Positions 24,627 to 38,520 of a stretch of DNA of 64,000 bases are shown in pieces. The translations under genes were made by a program, and so were the position numbers. Numbering within the stretch: the stretch's first letter is position 1; every line of letters starts with the position of its first letter. Origin of the DNA: Moniliella sp. 'wahieum' (lineage: Eukaryota). The notes beneath the pieces were generated by a model. The model saw nothing but the letters and a program-made list of their open reading frames with translations, was not told the DNA's origin and did not search any database. Where the stretch lies: assembly GCA_003971905.1 (NCBI GenBank), contig RSEE01000081.1, forward strand, positions 248,001-312,000. The letters are read 5' to 3'.

Positions 24627-26362
24627 TACGCGCCCCTGGCCAATTGGGTTCAATTCGCATTCGATCCGTTCGTTTCCGGATCAAGTTTCCCCTAGGTAGA
24701 GTAACCTGCAGAGCAACCTCTACACCTGTAGCATGTGGGTGAACATAATGAACGTTGATGCAGTACGTTGATGCATAATGTGCAGTCAAGGGAGCGTCTC
24801 ACATGACGTCACGCGTCACGCCTTACACGTTAGTACGCACGATTCTCGTCGTGCTGGTGGACACGGCCACTGCAGGCAGGAACAGGCCTCCAGGCGTCGG
24901 TCACAACATATGCCCCCCCCCCCCCCCCCCCCCGCCCAAACAAAGCAGAAGCTTGAATTTGAAGCCTCAGTTTCACCTTATGAATGAAGTCCACCGGTTA
25001 TTCTATACCACCGTTCTTATTTCCCCTCTCTCGGGCCTCCGACGACCATCAAGAAAGGGAAAAGAAAGAGGAAGCAATCCTGCACAAGGCTGGGTCCAAA
25101 GCTATGATGGAATGCTTGAATGTGTGCCTGCGGGCATGTTGGAAATCACGGTACAAGACAGTGTGGACTTGGAACATATGGTGGGCGGTGATATATGATA
25201 GACGATATATATATGGAAGAACGGTGTGGACTATAATGTACGGGAAACTGAACTCCCCATCTCTCACAGATCGAGGGGGGTATAGGGTCAACATGATAGG
25301 CTCTTGATGAGAAAAAAGGGATATGTATTCTCAAAGAAGCGGTGGAGCGCCCACCTCATCATCACCAGGGAATCCAACAAAAATGAGAGGAAGAGAAAAG
25401 AGTTGAATCCCTGCCAATTGCATTCTATCTTTCCCTTTGGACCTTCGTTGTTTACCCAAAAAAGGATGGAGAAGCATCGGTACCAAAAGCTGCCACAGTG
25501 GTGGGACGAAGCGGCCCTCTAGAGTTAGGATATATACCGACATCTTCTTTTTCAAGCATTTTAAGGTGCGAAGAGTTCGTATCGCGCCCAAAAAGCACAG
25601 TGGTACTGCGTTACAACAGATGAGATGCACTCCCTATTTACCAGTTTCGAAATGGGAAACGCCCTTCCCCTTCCAAGAAAACGATGATATGTTGTGCAAA
25701 TTATCGTCACATCTACAAGAGCACACCCTCCGAGAGCAAAACAACTTCCGGCGGTGGCACCGTGGAAATGAACGGGAAGACAAAAGTAAGGGCGACCCTC
25801 TGTTGTCTATACTGCGTTGTTTTGAATTCCCTCTGTTGATAACAGGAGAATGGTGTACTACTACTACTACCATGTTCTCATCTGAGGGTCACCTATACAC
25901 AGAGAGTTGTATTATATATAGTGCCCTATTCCTTATCATCTCTCAAGCTATAGTTGCCCCATCTCTCACTATTCTCAGCTATAAAAAAGCTGATGAGGCC
26001 AAAACGGCCTCGCCGACAGGCCAGAACGGCCTATGGGTTTCTTCCATACTGGATGAAGCTTGAAAGTGAGAATGGGTGTGGAACAGCGTGCTGCGCTTTT
26101 GATGTGATGGGCGACTGTTGATGCTGATCTATACAACGCACAAACGTGATTGTCCACTATACTTTTAGTTTTGTCCATTTGCGAAATGGCACAAAACAAT
26201 CTTTTTGCAGTCTATGGTTCCTTCTCTCGACTTTAATTAAGGCAAGAATCGGAACAACGGACGCAGTATGCATGCCGCCGATGAACAATGTCACTGCCAA
26301 CTTGGTGAAGTCACGCACAGCTCGATCCAAAGAAGGAAAGTCGCCTTTATGGGCAAAAGAGG

Positions 26363-26457
26363 TGCTTCAAAGGGGAATCGAACCCCTGTCACATCGATGT
26401 CTTAAGAGCAACAACGCCCTGCTGGCAACGATGTAGTATACCACTAACCCTTGAAGC
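26363..26457 (-). tRNA. tRNA-Gly(GCC) with ~25-nt intron; conserved T8 missing
   Basis: GCTTCAA/TTGAAGC acceptor, CATCG-TTGCCA..-CGATG anticodon arm, AGGGG-TTCGATT-CCCCT T arm. The D arm only fits if one base (T8) is restored. Confidence 0.85.
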
Positions 26458-27592
26458 TTGATGTATACGTATTGGTATATTGTTTTGGGGGCAGTTTCTT
26501 CTATCTCCTGGGTAGTTACTCGATGACGACTGACTGCCATCATCCTGAGGGATAATCATGCAAACTTGTCTTGGCAATATGAACACCCCAAGCAGTTTCC
26601 AGCATGTTTCGACGGACGTAGCTCGCGAGGATATGCGAATGAGCGTGTGGCAGACATCCGAGTGGTAATAAAACGCGTAGAGCGTATAGTTCTATTCAAC
26701 TTTTCTCCGACGTACTTATAGCACGCGTGCAGCCCTGCCGGCGCTGACAGGACGCGTGAAACGGTGGCTACGATGGCTTAGCACGACCAGCGGAACGGTG
26801 GAGGGAAGACGGTGGAACGCGCACCCAATTGAAGCCGAGCATAGATCCAGTGGTCTTCTACTTAATCATATATAGTTAGAGAGGGTTCATGCAGCACTCA
26901 CATGCTGTCCTGCCGCGCTCATTAATCTCATTTTCATACTATATCCAACAACACTCCTGACTCAGGAGTCACAGCCTCAGGGCATTGATGCATTCTATTT
27001 CAAGCCGAATGGCGGGGGTGGCAGAAGATCCTCTGACCTGCTGGCGACGCCACAAAAGAACTTGGTTTGTTGATCGTGTGGTACTCACCACAAACTATTA
27101 TACCTCTCACATGTCACAGGAATACTACTGCTACTACTATACTGGTAAAATGATATAGGACGGAGAAGGGGTCGATCGTCGCTTATGCGGGGAAAACGCC
27201 ATTTTCGTCGACTCAGTACTCATCCGGCTTGGGCCACCTGACGCAGCTATGAGACGCCTGAGACGCGTGAGACGCGTGAGAAAACTAGGAACAGACGCAC
27301 CAAAAATCATGTCAATCTTCTCCCACATTACTATTCCCCTCTATACTCTATACCCAATCAACCAGCACACGGAAAGAGAGCTATATGTGCTGAGAGGGGG
27401 GGATGATCGATGATCGATGACCTCTCGATACGGTTATCGAAAGCTTGATCGCCATGACCGGAACTACTTTTTGATTTGAAACAAGTTTATATAAAGGGTG
27501 TGACCCGTACAACTGAAAACAACACCCCAACCACCACCCACCCCACCACCCCACCACCCCCACTCCACCACCACAACTCACTACCACCGTCG

Positions 27593-30507
27593 ATGCCTGC
27601 AACGGGACCCCAATTCTCAGCCTGCAAAATTGAGAGTGCACCTGCAATCTGAAGCGACCGACGCCGCATCGTATTCATCCTGCAACAAGCAGACCTGGTC
27701 CAAAACGAGCTCGCCGCTATCCAGGCCCGGGACCATATCCTATTTGAGCCCCATGCCCCCGAGGAGTCTCGAGAAGGAAGGACTTGCGATTTTGCATATG
27801 CACTCCAACGCGCATGGTACTCATGGCACGCTTCCACCTCATCCTTGAGCTCTTTGCCATCAATCACTTCGCGTACCCTCCCTTGGCATACCTTGAAGAA
27901 GGGTACCACCGCCTGCGTCTTACGGGATGAAGACCGTGCCTTGGACTGAGTACTGGCCCCCTACTCCAGAAGACGAAGACAAAGACAATAAAGAAGACAA
28001 GAGACAAATCAAGGGGCCCGAGGGCCATCAGCGCCTTCGCCGATCCCACTTTGAAGCGGTGGCGTGGTGCGTTCTACTTCCCTGCAGACGGTGGAGATGA
28101 TTATGCGCGCCGCCAAGCGTGCACATGAGCCCTAAGTCGACCCGCCAGGTTTGCCGCTAATGCCCAAGTCAGTCAGTATATCTTCTAGCCAAGGCGATTG
28201 TGACCTCTTCCACATCATGGGAATGCCATCGAAGTTGGCAGAGCCATTGGATGTCGATTTGCCTACGTGGACTACCAGACCCCTCGCAAGACCAAGCCTA
28301 TTGTTTCCAAACAAAAAGCAGCTGGATTGCCGGAGGAAGCCAAATCAGACAAGCTCGGTACCCATTCTAGGCACATGCGTGCTGTGCTTCGCTTGGATGA
28401 GTTTACTTGTGCTCCTCAAGCAACAGAGTCCCTGCCGCCTCTTCCATTGGATGTTTTACAGAAGGATTAAACGAGGAGCAGCTCAAGGCAATTCAACGCT
28501 CCATCATCCACCCCGCTCTGTACTATGCCAATAAGCCCACAAAGAAGAAATGCCCCCAACACCTGTCACAAGTGAGAAGAAAGACATAATAAGGACACTC
28601 TTTTCGTTCTCGATGCTCTTTCATCAATGAGTACTCAGAATGAAGCGAGAGAAGGAGAAAAGAGAGTCGTGTCTTGCCAAAACGCAACCCCGAAGAAGAT
28701 ACTGAATCTGATCCGCTCATCCCAATTTGAGGGGAAGAGGTAGGACCGGATGTACTTCCTTTCCATCTCCTACATGGACCCCTGGTACCGGCAAAACAAC
28801 GCGCTGGTCGAGCTGATCGTTTCAATTGGTTCTAGGAACGATGATTGGCAACGAACATTCGCGCAGACGGGGAACGACGGTCGATTTTCGACGCCCCCGA
28901 ATTTTGGTTACGGCACCTTCCAACTTGGCCATCGATGCGGTTGCCGAGCGGCTGATGGCTCCCACTACACCTTGGTTCCAGCTTTTCCGCAAACATCACA
29001 TCAAGGTGGCCCGAATTGGGAGCCCTGTGAAGATGACCAAACAAGTGGTACAGCACATGCAACACTTTCATCATGGATCTAAGAAATGCCCTATTCCTGA
29101 ATCATATTCCGATGGGCAGGTGTCAACCAAGATGAGGGAGCCTCCCTGCTCCTTCCAATGACACTCCTCTCCATCTGAATCGGAGGAAGATCTGTTGGTG
29201 GAATTCGTTACTAGCACCCTTCGGCCTCGGTATTGGCACGAAGCCGAAGTGGTGTTATGTACTTTGCACAACAGCGGCCGCAAGAATCTGGGTGGCCCGT
29301 TCGATTTTCATTATTGACGAGGCGTGTCAGGCGATGGAGCCGCTGTGTTGGGTGCCCTTAACCCGGGCTTGCCCTAATCCTCAAGGCCCCCTTGTCAAGG
29401 TAGTGATTGCAGGAGATCCGAAGCAACTGGGTCCAGTTCTCCAATCCGACGATGGGCTTTTTCGTCCTCCATCTTCATTCAAGAGAGGTGGAAATGAGGC
29501 AGACCCCCCTGTTCTCGTTCTTCCTCCGGAAAAGCAAGAAACCATGTTTGAGCGTTTATTGCACGCGTACCACGACTGGCCCGGAATCAAGACGTTTCTC
29601 AGAGTTCAGTATCGGTTCAATGAGGAGATCATGGCTTTCCCAAATACGTCCATGTATGAAGAAGGCCTGCGGGCGAACGAGTCCAACGCATCAATTGGAT
29701 TGAAGGGTCTCGTCAATACGTCGGAAACAAGATCCGAAGTTGGCATACCACTTCTGCCCCCATCCACAGAGGTGTCATGGAACAAGTTCCACTTACAATA
29801 TGCCTCCAAAGACACGGGCAAAAATCAAAAGGAGAAGAAGAACGCACGGGCTAAGAGGAGAGCCATGAAACGAGAAGAACGGAATGCACTCGAGAATCCA
29901 GGAGCCAAGGATACCGAGAAAGTAACGCAAGGTGCGCTCGCCAATGGTTATATGCCTGAGGATGACACCGAGTGGGATGCGCCGCTTGTTTTTTATGATA
30001 CGGGAGGGTACAGTCTATGGGAATCAGAACCGTCGGGGGGCCCTACCAAGTCCATGAGTAACCCAGCCGAGATGCGACTGGTCGTGGCTCATGTGCTCAA
30101 ACTTTTGGCTCATGGGGTCCGCCCTGACCAGATTTCCATCTTGACTCCCTACACGGCCCAGGTGCGCGCTTTACTGGAGACGGAATGATGCGCGAAGGGG
30201 CTCCACCGCTCGTCTGGCCAAGTTTTTCCCCAACCTCGCCATTGGCTCCATCGACTCGATGCAAGGCCGAGAGAATGAGGTGGTAATTGTTACCCTCGTG
30301 CGGAGCAACCGGACCCATGATGTGGGTTTCCTTAAAGACACTCGTCGGCTCAATGTTGCCTTGACTCGAGCCAAGCGTCAGCTGTGCATTGTGGGGGACA
30401 GTTGGACGATTAGGGGGAGTAGGCGCCATACTCATACTTACCTTTCGAATTTGATGCGCCATTTGAGGGAGCACGCTAGCCTTCCGTCGATCGAGGCGCT
30501 CATCTAG
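27593..30507 (+). CDS. Superfamily 1 Upf1-like helicase (Hcs1/IGHMBP2-like); frameshifted; start approximate
   Basis: Walker A HGP(P)GTGKT at ~28773-28800, ILVTAPSNLAIDAVAERL, IIDEACQAMEP, AGDPKQLGP, TMFERL, LRVQYR, ISILTPYTAQV, DSMQGRENEVVIVTLVRSN, VGFLKDTRRLNVALTRAKRQL. Confidence 0.9.
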
Positions 30508-30769
30508 GTGAATGTATCCTACACTTCTCGTCATCGAATATGGCTTTCTGAGTTTGGTGGCACAGCGTTAACTGCTATAGTGAACATGCAAAACGAATGA
30601 GCCTCTTGCACCATAGTAGGTAGGGACACATGAAGGGATATGGTGCAATCACGTGGACACTGGGGGTTAACATTGAATGGGAAACTGTGGGAGAAAAGTA
30701 GCGGCCCTTGCAACGGCACAGTTGGACCAAGGCGAGAGAACAAGGGGAAAGTTCATGCGAATTCCAAGG

Positions 30770-31893
30770 CTAAACGCACTCGCCAGGCAAGGTGAGTATA
30801 GGCAAGGTGAGCCTAGAAGTCCACAACTTCTGGGTTAAAGTATTTGCTAAAGTCGACCTTGCGCCAGGGGGCGTCAGCGTCCAAGTCCGGCGCTCCTTCC
30901 CGGCCAATGGCGGCACGGCCAAATTCCAGCGCACCCACAGGGGCAGACTGGGCCGAGCGGAAAGTGCGGCGAGCAAAGGGGGTCCCAGCACCAATGGGTG
31001 CCACAGGCGGGCCCAACTTGGGGTGACGGTGGGACGGCACCGGTTGCACATACGGAGCGGTGGAGGGGGCATGGGGATTCACCGTCTCATTCTCATCCGA
31101 TGAGCTGGAGCTGCCATCGTCCGAGCCAAATCCACTTGAGAGGCAGATGATTGTACAGTTAGTAGTGCTAAAGGGAAAACAAAAGAGGATGGTGCCACAT
31201 ACGCTTCTTCGTCCTCCTCGGCCCAGCGGGCAAGGACAGAGTCAACGTCTTGTCCGCCCAGAGCGCCTTCGTGCTCAATCGAAGGCTTGACACCCACACA
31301 TCCAGCTCAGGCGTCTCAAGGTCGGAGCGAGAAGCAGCGTAGGTCGACAAAGCGTGGGCTGGGACTGAGGCGTAGCGCTGCATTCCCCCGAGGTGCGGAT
31401 CAGACGAAGCGTCATTCCGCTCGGTTCGGGCTTGGAGCTGGCGAGAGGCTGGAGCTCATTGGATCCCGACTCGACGGAAGGGTGGTAGTTGGCTTTAACC
31501 AGCTCAAAGAAGGGCCCGGGGGGAGGAGCCGGGCCACGGCTGAGATGGCGCACTGGAAGGCTGGCGGTGCGTTCAAACGCCGAACGAGTGCGGCGGATGT
31601 ACTGCAGATCGTCCTCGGTGGCGGAAGGGGCGGCCTGGGGAGCCCGCAGTGCGGAGCAGGCGCATGCGAATCTGGGCCGGGTTGGACTGCAGACGATCAA
31701 AGACGCGCACGTCGACGTAATTGTTGGCCGAGACAGAGCCACGCCAGGTGGCTGGATGCTCGTCGCGCTGGCCCAGGGCAGCATCGTCGGCTTGAGCCTG
31801 CGGGTTGGCGTTGTTGCCGAGAAGGCCGACAGGCGAAGACTTGCTGGGGAGCATTGGTGGACGCTTGTCCAGCGGAGAGGCGAGGACCGCCAT
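30770..31893 (-). CDS. Hypothetical protein; frameshifted
   Basis: Overlapping coding-like minus-strand ORFs (31573-31893, 31275-31988, 31079-31297, 30813-31082) after a CCA-rich leader like those in front of other genes here. No family recognised. Confidence 0.45.
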
Positions 31894-33999
31894 CTGGGGA
31901 AGAAAGGGGTGGCGGGTGGTGGTGGTGGTGGTGTGGGGCAGGAGGGAGATGGATGGCCCGCGACTGAGTAAAGTGGGCCCCCTGCCACCGCCCAGCTACG
32001 AGGTAGACCTTATTTTGGGCTCCGCCGCGGCCACGCGACGCGCTTGGGACACTGGCGCCGTGCTGGCTCCTGAGCGCGTCGTTCCACACGCGCCCACTTT
32101 TGCGTGCAGCCCCAACCCTACTGTGCAGCCCGCCCGGAACATGTTGAAAGTATCATTTTGGATTTTGAACATCCACTTCTTGAGCTTCAAGCGCTGCTCC
32201 TGTGCTTGTCGAGTTTTTTGCGGGCGAAGTGACGACCAGTGCTCGCGAGTACTCAACCTATACTCAGTTCGAGTACGAGTGCTGAGTATGTGGAGAGTCC
32301 TGGGTATGCTCTTTGGAAGATTATTATGGGGCAGGATGGTTGCCACTTCAACAAAGCTGACTTCATATATTGAGCAGCACAGGCAAGAATCTTTGAAACC
32401 ACATTGTCCAACAAACGCCGACACTTCTGCCGCAGCGCATCACAGCTCCCCAAAGGCATCATTGTTGGCTATCGCGGCGCATGCATAACTAGCTGGGATT
32501 GGGCGTTTGGTTGAGACCTGAGGATCTGAGGGGCAGGATTGTACGAAGGGAATGTCGATGACCATCATTATTAAGCGCTGTTTTGTCTGGCCACAAAACC
32601 CAGTTTTTAGCACAAACTCCAAGATGATCGGGTCGGTTTAGGGATAGCGTTTCCCTGTCCCAGCCTTTTTAAGCTCTGTCAATGATATGGATGCAGTATC
32701 TGGCGGTGGGGCTTGCAGAAACCATATCTTGTGTTGTTTGGACTAAGCACTAAGTAAGTACTAATAATGCATCAGTATACCGGTGTAGTAGCAGAGTGTA
32801 GCCTAGTAGTAGTAAATGTAGTCCAACCCCATCTTCACACTCTGGCGGAGCACTCTCGCACTTCCGCGGTGTGTACATCAAAACCTCGTCAGACCGCGTC
32901 ACATAGAGGTCGCAAGCATGTGGCATCTATCTCTCTACTGTCCGTACCATCGAGATGTTACAAATGCAGCACTACTGAGAGTTACAGGCCATCGATCACC
33001 TGGGACACGGAACTACAAAACGTCACCCTCTATAAAACCATCCTCCGCAACAGCTATATCCCCTCTCGAGGTGAGGGTACCCTCTCTATCGTGCGTGTTC
33101 CTGTGCTATATTCCATCCCGTCACTGCATACTACTATAACCCATCCTTTCGGAACCGCACCCTGCCGCGCGTCTCGGCTCATTGCGCCTGTCGGCCCTTG
33201 CCCGGCTTCTCACTCTCGATCAGTGTAACAACTCTTCATTCAAACCTGCCCGCCTAATTCCGGTTCATGAAGTTTGAAGATGTCATTCTTGCAAAATCGA
33301 TTCTTGGGTATAGAGTCGAGATCTTCGTGGTCACATGTGGTGGCCTACACGATGGGCTTTGGGCCGAGGGACAATCGATTGCCCATAATGCCCGTGTTTA
33401 GTATATTTCTATCGCATTCTAACCCGTCCTACCCGCTCTCCCAAGGAGCTACTGGTTATCCCCGCCACCGTCACCAACCTCCCCCGATATCGCTCTTCTT
33501 CCATACGTCGCTACTGCGCCATCACTGTATTACAGAGGGCAACCTTCACCCTGTATAAAATACCAACCCTCTTGCGGAATGGGTTATTGAATCTGTGACC
33601 GAGTATGGGTCTCCAACGTATTACTTAATAGTATGTTGCTGTTAGCGTCTTTGTCGTCAAACGTTCTCCTCCCATACATCCCCCCCTACACCCCTGGCCC
33701 GCGGTTTCACAAAATGTAATCATTCTTCCATCAGATTGGTTAACCTCCTTCGTCTATCGCCCCTCCATCTGATGCCCTTTCCCATTTTCAGCGTTCCCGG
33801 TATGAGTGCGTTAACCCCCCCCCCCCCCCCCCAGTCCATCAGCCCGTCCCATGCTGCCGCCCTCCTACCCCTATACCCTCAACTCTCATCAGATCAACAC
33901 TTACAATATACGCATCCGTCACTCCCCCATATAAGTCCACACCCTCTCTGGGGCAGTTCATTCTCCGAATGACTTGCCGGATACGTTCGCAGTATAATC

Positions 34000-36900
34000 G
34001 GACTATGGAACGGCGTATAACGCGTAACGCGTAACGGAGGATGCACCGTTTCTACGGAACCCAAAGCGAGGCGGAGCGACAAACACATGCAACATGCAAT
34101 GCACAACGACTGTGACATGTGACATGTGAACCTATAAACACACCAGGTCGAGGCGAAGGGCTGTTGGTGGCGCTCTGTCGATCATGAAGTAGATCATCCC
34201 ATCCTATTCGTACTCTCGCCACTTCAAGACTTGAAGCTTGACTCAGTCTGGTGAGTACTGAGTACTGAGTACTGAGTGTACTGAACGTTGAACTCAGTAC
34301 GCAGTAGGACTCAGTTGATTACTCATATACTCATTTCCCCTGAGATTAGGGACTAGCCATTGGTCCTCAGGCTGAGGCCTCAGGGCCTCACGCGTCTTGT
34401 GCGCTCACACGCGTCACGTACCCCCACGCTTTTGAAAACGCGACACGCGTAACGCATAACGCGCGTCCCGCGTTAGTACTGAGTTTGGAGTACTTAGTGT
34501 ACTGAGTATACGGAGTACGGAGTACGGAGTACTGGTTATTGAGTTACTAGTTACTAGTTACTGACTAGTCAGTGCACTCAGAACACCCAACGCGCTGACG
34601 TTTGTGACCGTTGATTCAATAGGCAGTGCCGGCACCGACGAAGAACCGACGGAAGCGGGGCTGGCTCTGGAAGCTGGATAGTCGATAGCTGCGCGCATGT
34701 TCGCACAAACAAGTCCAGAATGGAGAAAATGGCAGTGTCGCGCTTCAGTGGGGGTGGTCCAGGGTGTTCTGTTCCCCCATATAACCTGGGTAAACATACA
34801 ACGCGCTCGTGGATGTCAAGCTTCAAAAAGGACATGTATCATGTGTGTCACAAGTCGGCCATTAGTAAGTACAACGACAGGATGGTCGATGGTATCGATG
34901 GCGAGCCTAGCGAGCCTCGCTTGCTGCGAAGGCGAGGGAGGCGGTGAGAGAGGCAGCTTATTAGCGCTTAAAGCCGGAAAAAAGCTGGGGTTTTTGTTAC
35001 GTACAGGGGTCGGATCTCATCCGTTTTGTTTTGTGCCCTTGTGGGCGGCGACTGCAATTGGGAAGGTGCGGCCTGTACTGCCTCCAACGGCACGGGAGGG
35101 GTCTGGGCCTGAATTGGTTCACATGCTACGTAGTGTGAGAAAATAAGATGCACATGATGCATGATGCATGATGCATGATGCGTGGTGTATGATACAATGA
35201 TCGATGATCGCTGAGTATTGAGTCAATGATCAATGCAGCGGTTACATACATTACAGGGATCGGTACTCGGTATGCGTATGAATTTCGAGACAAAGGCATG
35301 GGAGCCGTTATACTTTTGATACACAATGATTGTGACACGGGATGAAGACAAATAGTCATGCATGTCACCGGTTCCTGTGGACTAGCAAGGGACTACGTAG
35401 GGCTGTATCTCATCCATCTGTTTGCCACCCGCGCACCTCCTTTTTATCCGACCTGAGAATTTCACATCCATCGATTCAAGGAGCGATCATCGATTTCATC
35501 GACCATCGATCAGGTATTCGGTGACATGCAACATGCGACATGCGACATGCACGACACGCGATACGACTGTGACATGTGACGCGTGACATGTGACACGAGG
35601 AGCACGTGACCAGTGACTTGACCGGGTGCCTAAGTGATTAAGTGATTAAGCGGATTTGTGACGCATGATGCATGGATGATTCGGCGTGCACGATGCATGA
35701 CGCCACGTGATGGAGTGGCCATTGAATTATTGAATGCACGCGCTGCGACAAGCTGCGCCAACTGTGGCTGCTGTGGCGTTTTTGACCCTGTCGGCTCGTT
35801 AGGCATCAGGCGTTCCGCGTTCCGTGTTCCGCGTTCTGCGTTTAGGTCCTAGGATTCGGTCTCGGTACTCGCCAGGACATCGCAGGACTTGCCGCTGGCT
35901 CGACGTGCTCAGGCTTAGCACTGACCGGCTGACCGCTGTCTTTGGGTTTTAGCTTGGGATTCGGTAGGGTACTGGCCACAAGCCTACGGGACAAGCTTCG
36001 AACCTGGGCCCATCGCACTACATACATCTCGTCGAGCCGTGAGCGCGTGAGCGGAAGGGCCTCAGCGCCTCAGCACCTCAGCGCCCCAGCTGACCTCAAA
36101 TTTGGAGGCCAGAGAGACGAGGATGAGATGGATGAGTTCCCAGATCTGAGATCGATCATGTATGAGGCCGAGGGAGCCTGGATGAGGGGGTACACTGTCC
36201 CCATACTTACGCCCCCTCCACCAATTTCCCCCAAGAAGATGATCGATGATCAATACATCGATGAAACGCGTGGAATTAAGCGCTAAGCAGGTACCGCAAC
36301 GCGTAACGGGCGTAAGCCTACCTGCGTAAAGCCGCTGTCGGCCCACGCAATACATTCCTACCCTTTTCGGCCCTCTGCAGTCCCTAGTACAAGAGCCCCT
36401 TGCGCCTTTGCCTTACGCTGGAACCTGAGCTCCTGTGCCTCCGGTCTTATCGATCTTATCGGGCTTAGCGGTTAGGCCTTCGGCCTTCGGTCTGACCGGC
36501 TCACTCGCCATCGCTAACCCACTTCTCGATTCTTCCCGGTTGTACGCGGCAAGCGCCCCCGCGGTACATCATGGGTAACTATGTAACTGGTAACCGGTAA
36601 CCAGTAGCCGGTAGCCCGTTAAAAAGCAGCGTTCAACAAATTTCCTTGGCCCACGGTTCTCTTTAGACTCAGACTCAGATCTCTGTTTTCAGAATCTCAA
36701 CAGTAATTCAAAGTTGAACACGTTGAACATATTAAACTGCACGGACTGAACGTACTGAACGGTAACATCGCAGGGTCTAGACGAACTAGGGTCCCGCTGT
36801 TCTTGGTGCCGTATGGATCGACGCCTGGCATCTACATCCCATGCTGCATCTGCTACATGCCGCCAGCTGCGAGGAACAAGTGCGCTCAGCCCCTCAGGTA

Positions 36901-38520
36901 CTCAGGGACAGCACTGCGACAGCTGGCCAGTTTGGGGAAGACGTGAACTGGCAGCTGCTGCTGCGCCAGGCTGCACCTGTAATTTCAGCGGTTCAACGTT
37001 CAACGTTCAACGTTCAACGTGCATGAAAGAGGAACGTTGAACGATGGGACGTTGGCACGTTCAGATCGTGCTTCGAAGACCCAAGTCAGGCCCCTAACAT
37101 GCTAACACTTAAACGCGCCTCTGGGCTTAAGCGGTCTGCGCGGATGATCGATGAGGTCGATGAGGCCGAGTATCCGTCCAGCGCCCATTCCCTTGGTAGC
37201 ATGCACCGCGTTACGCTGCACGCGAACTGCTGAGCCGCAGTGCCTCACCGCCCACTACCTCGCAGGTCCCAGGCTTCAAGCTTCAGGCTGAACAAGAGGC
37301 CTATGCGCCTATGCCACGATGGGTAGTGTTCTGATGGGGGGTGCCCCTGACGCCGCAGCCTGGCGCAGCCCGCGCTCAGGCGCTCGAACTCAGTGCTTCA
37401 AGCTCCAAGCTTCAAGCTGTAAGCTGTAGGCTGTGAGTACTGTGAGTCGAGGGACGCGTTGATGGCTGCACAGTGCACAAGTTCATAATCAGCCACGTGT
37501 ACGTTGGTGGCGAAGTTGTTGCCCCCGTCGAACGGGGAGCTTGGATGCCGTCCACTTGGGTACTAGCAGGGATAAGTGGGGCGGACGCAGGACGCGGGAC
37601 GCGTGCCGCGTGAAGCGTGAAGCTTTTGAAAGGGACGTGCGAGAGATCTGATCGAAATCCAGGCGGCCTGGACCGAGGCACGGCCCGGCGCCCAGCCTGG
37701 TGCATGGCTGAGCAGTGGCTAGTGGCTGGGCATTACACGGCCGGAGTTATGTGACGCGTGACGCGTGACGCGTGATCATCTCGATCATCGTTCATCAATT
37801 GATGCCAACGATTAATGATTCGATGGAATGCGAGCGCGCCAGCATGCATGACTCACGCGTCACGCGTCACGCCTCCCACGCTGAGCCGCTCAGCTCTAGA
37901 TCTCACACCCACAGAGCTAGTGACAGTGACGCTGTGACGAATGTGGTTGAACGTTGATGCGTGATGCATGGTCATGATGCATGATGACTGACAGCACCAT
38001 GCCAGAGAAGCGTTATCAACACGTCAATTGCATGTCAATTCAATATTCAAGCCAGCGCAAGGATATACCCATCCAGACCCCAGGGGAGGCTGGGGAGGCC
38101 GAAAAGAAGAGAGCGTAGAAAGAAACCCCCGCAGCTGGGACCATGAATGCGAAAGGCTTCTTTCCTGTATAGCTAGGATCCTAAAACATGCGAGCAGCCA
38201 GAGTTAGCCGTTAGACGTTAGCGCTAGCGTTTAGCGCTTAGCGGTACCGGTTATCGATTATCGGTTGCCGATTGTCGACTGCTAGCATGTCAGCATGTCA
38301 GCGCTGAGGCACAGCGCTCTGCCTGTGGCCTGAGCGCTCGCTCCCACGGGTACCGGGTACGAGTTGCCGGCTGGGGCTGCGTGAATTTAGGCCTGTGCTG
38401 CCCTTTGATGAATTTGCGCACTTGAGACATCTATGATCGATGCCACCCGGTTACGACTTGGGCGTTACGCGTTACGGGTACAACGGCCGATGATCGATGG
38501 TCATGCATCGTGGATTGTTG
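34000..38520. repeat. Dense field of short 7-bp tandem repeats (T-N-A + 4-bp palindrome) in gene-poor DNA
   Basis: (TGACATG)n 34113; (TGAGTAC)n 34252; (TTACTAG)n 34544; (TGATGCA)n 35155; (TAACCGG) 36591; (TCAACGT)n 36993; (TGACGCG)n 37752; (TTAGCGC) ~38231; (TTATCGA) ~38250. Confidence 0.9.

Noticed and set aside
24950..26330. ORFs in the lower-GC stretch, including 208-aa 25437-26063
   Set aside because: No recognisable domain or coding-like composition; cannot be supported without a search.
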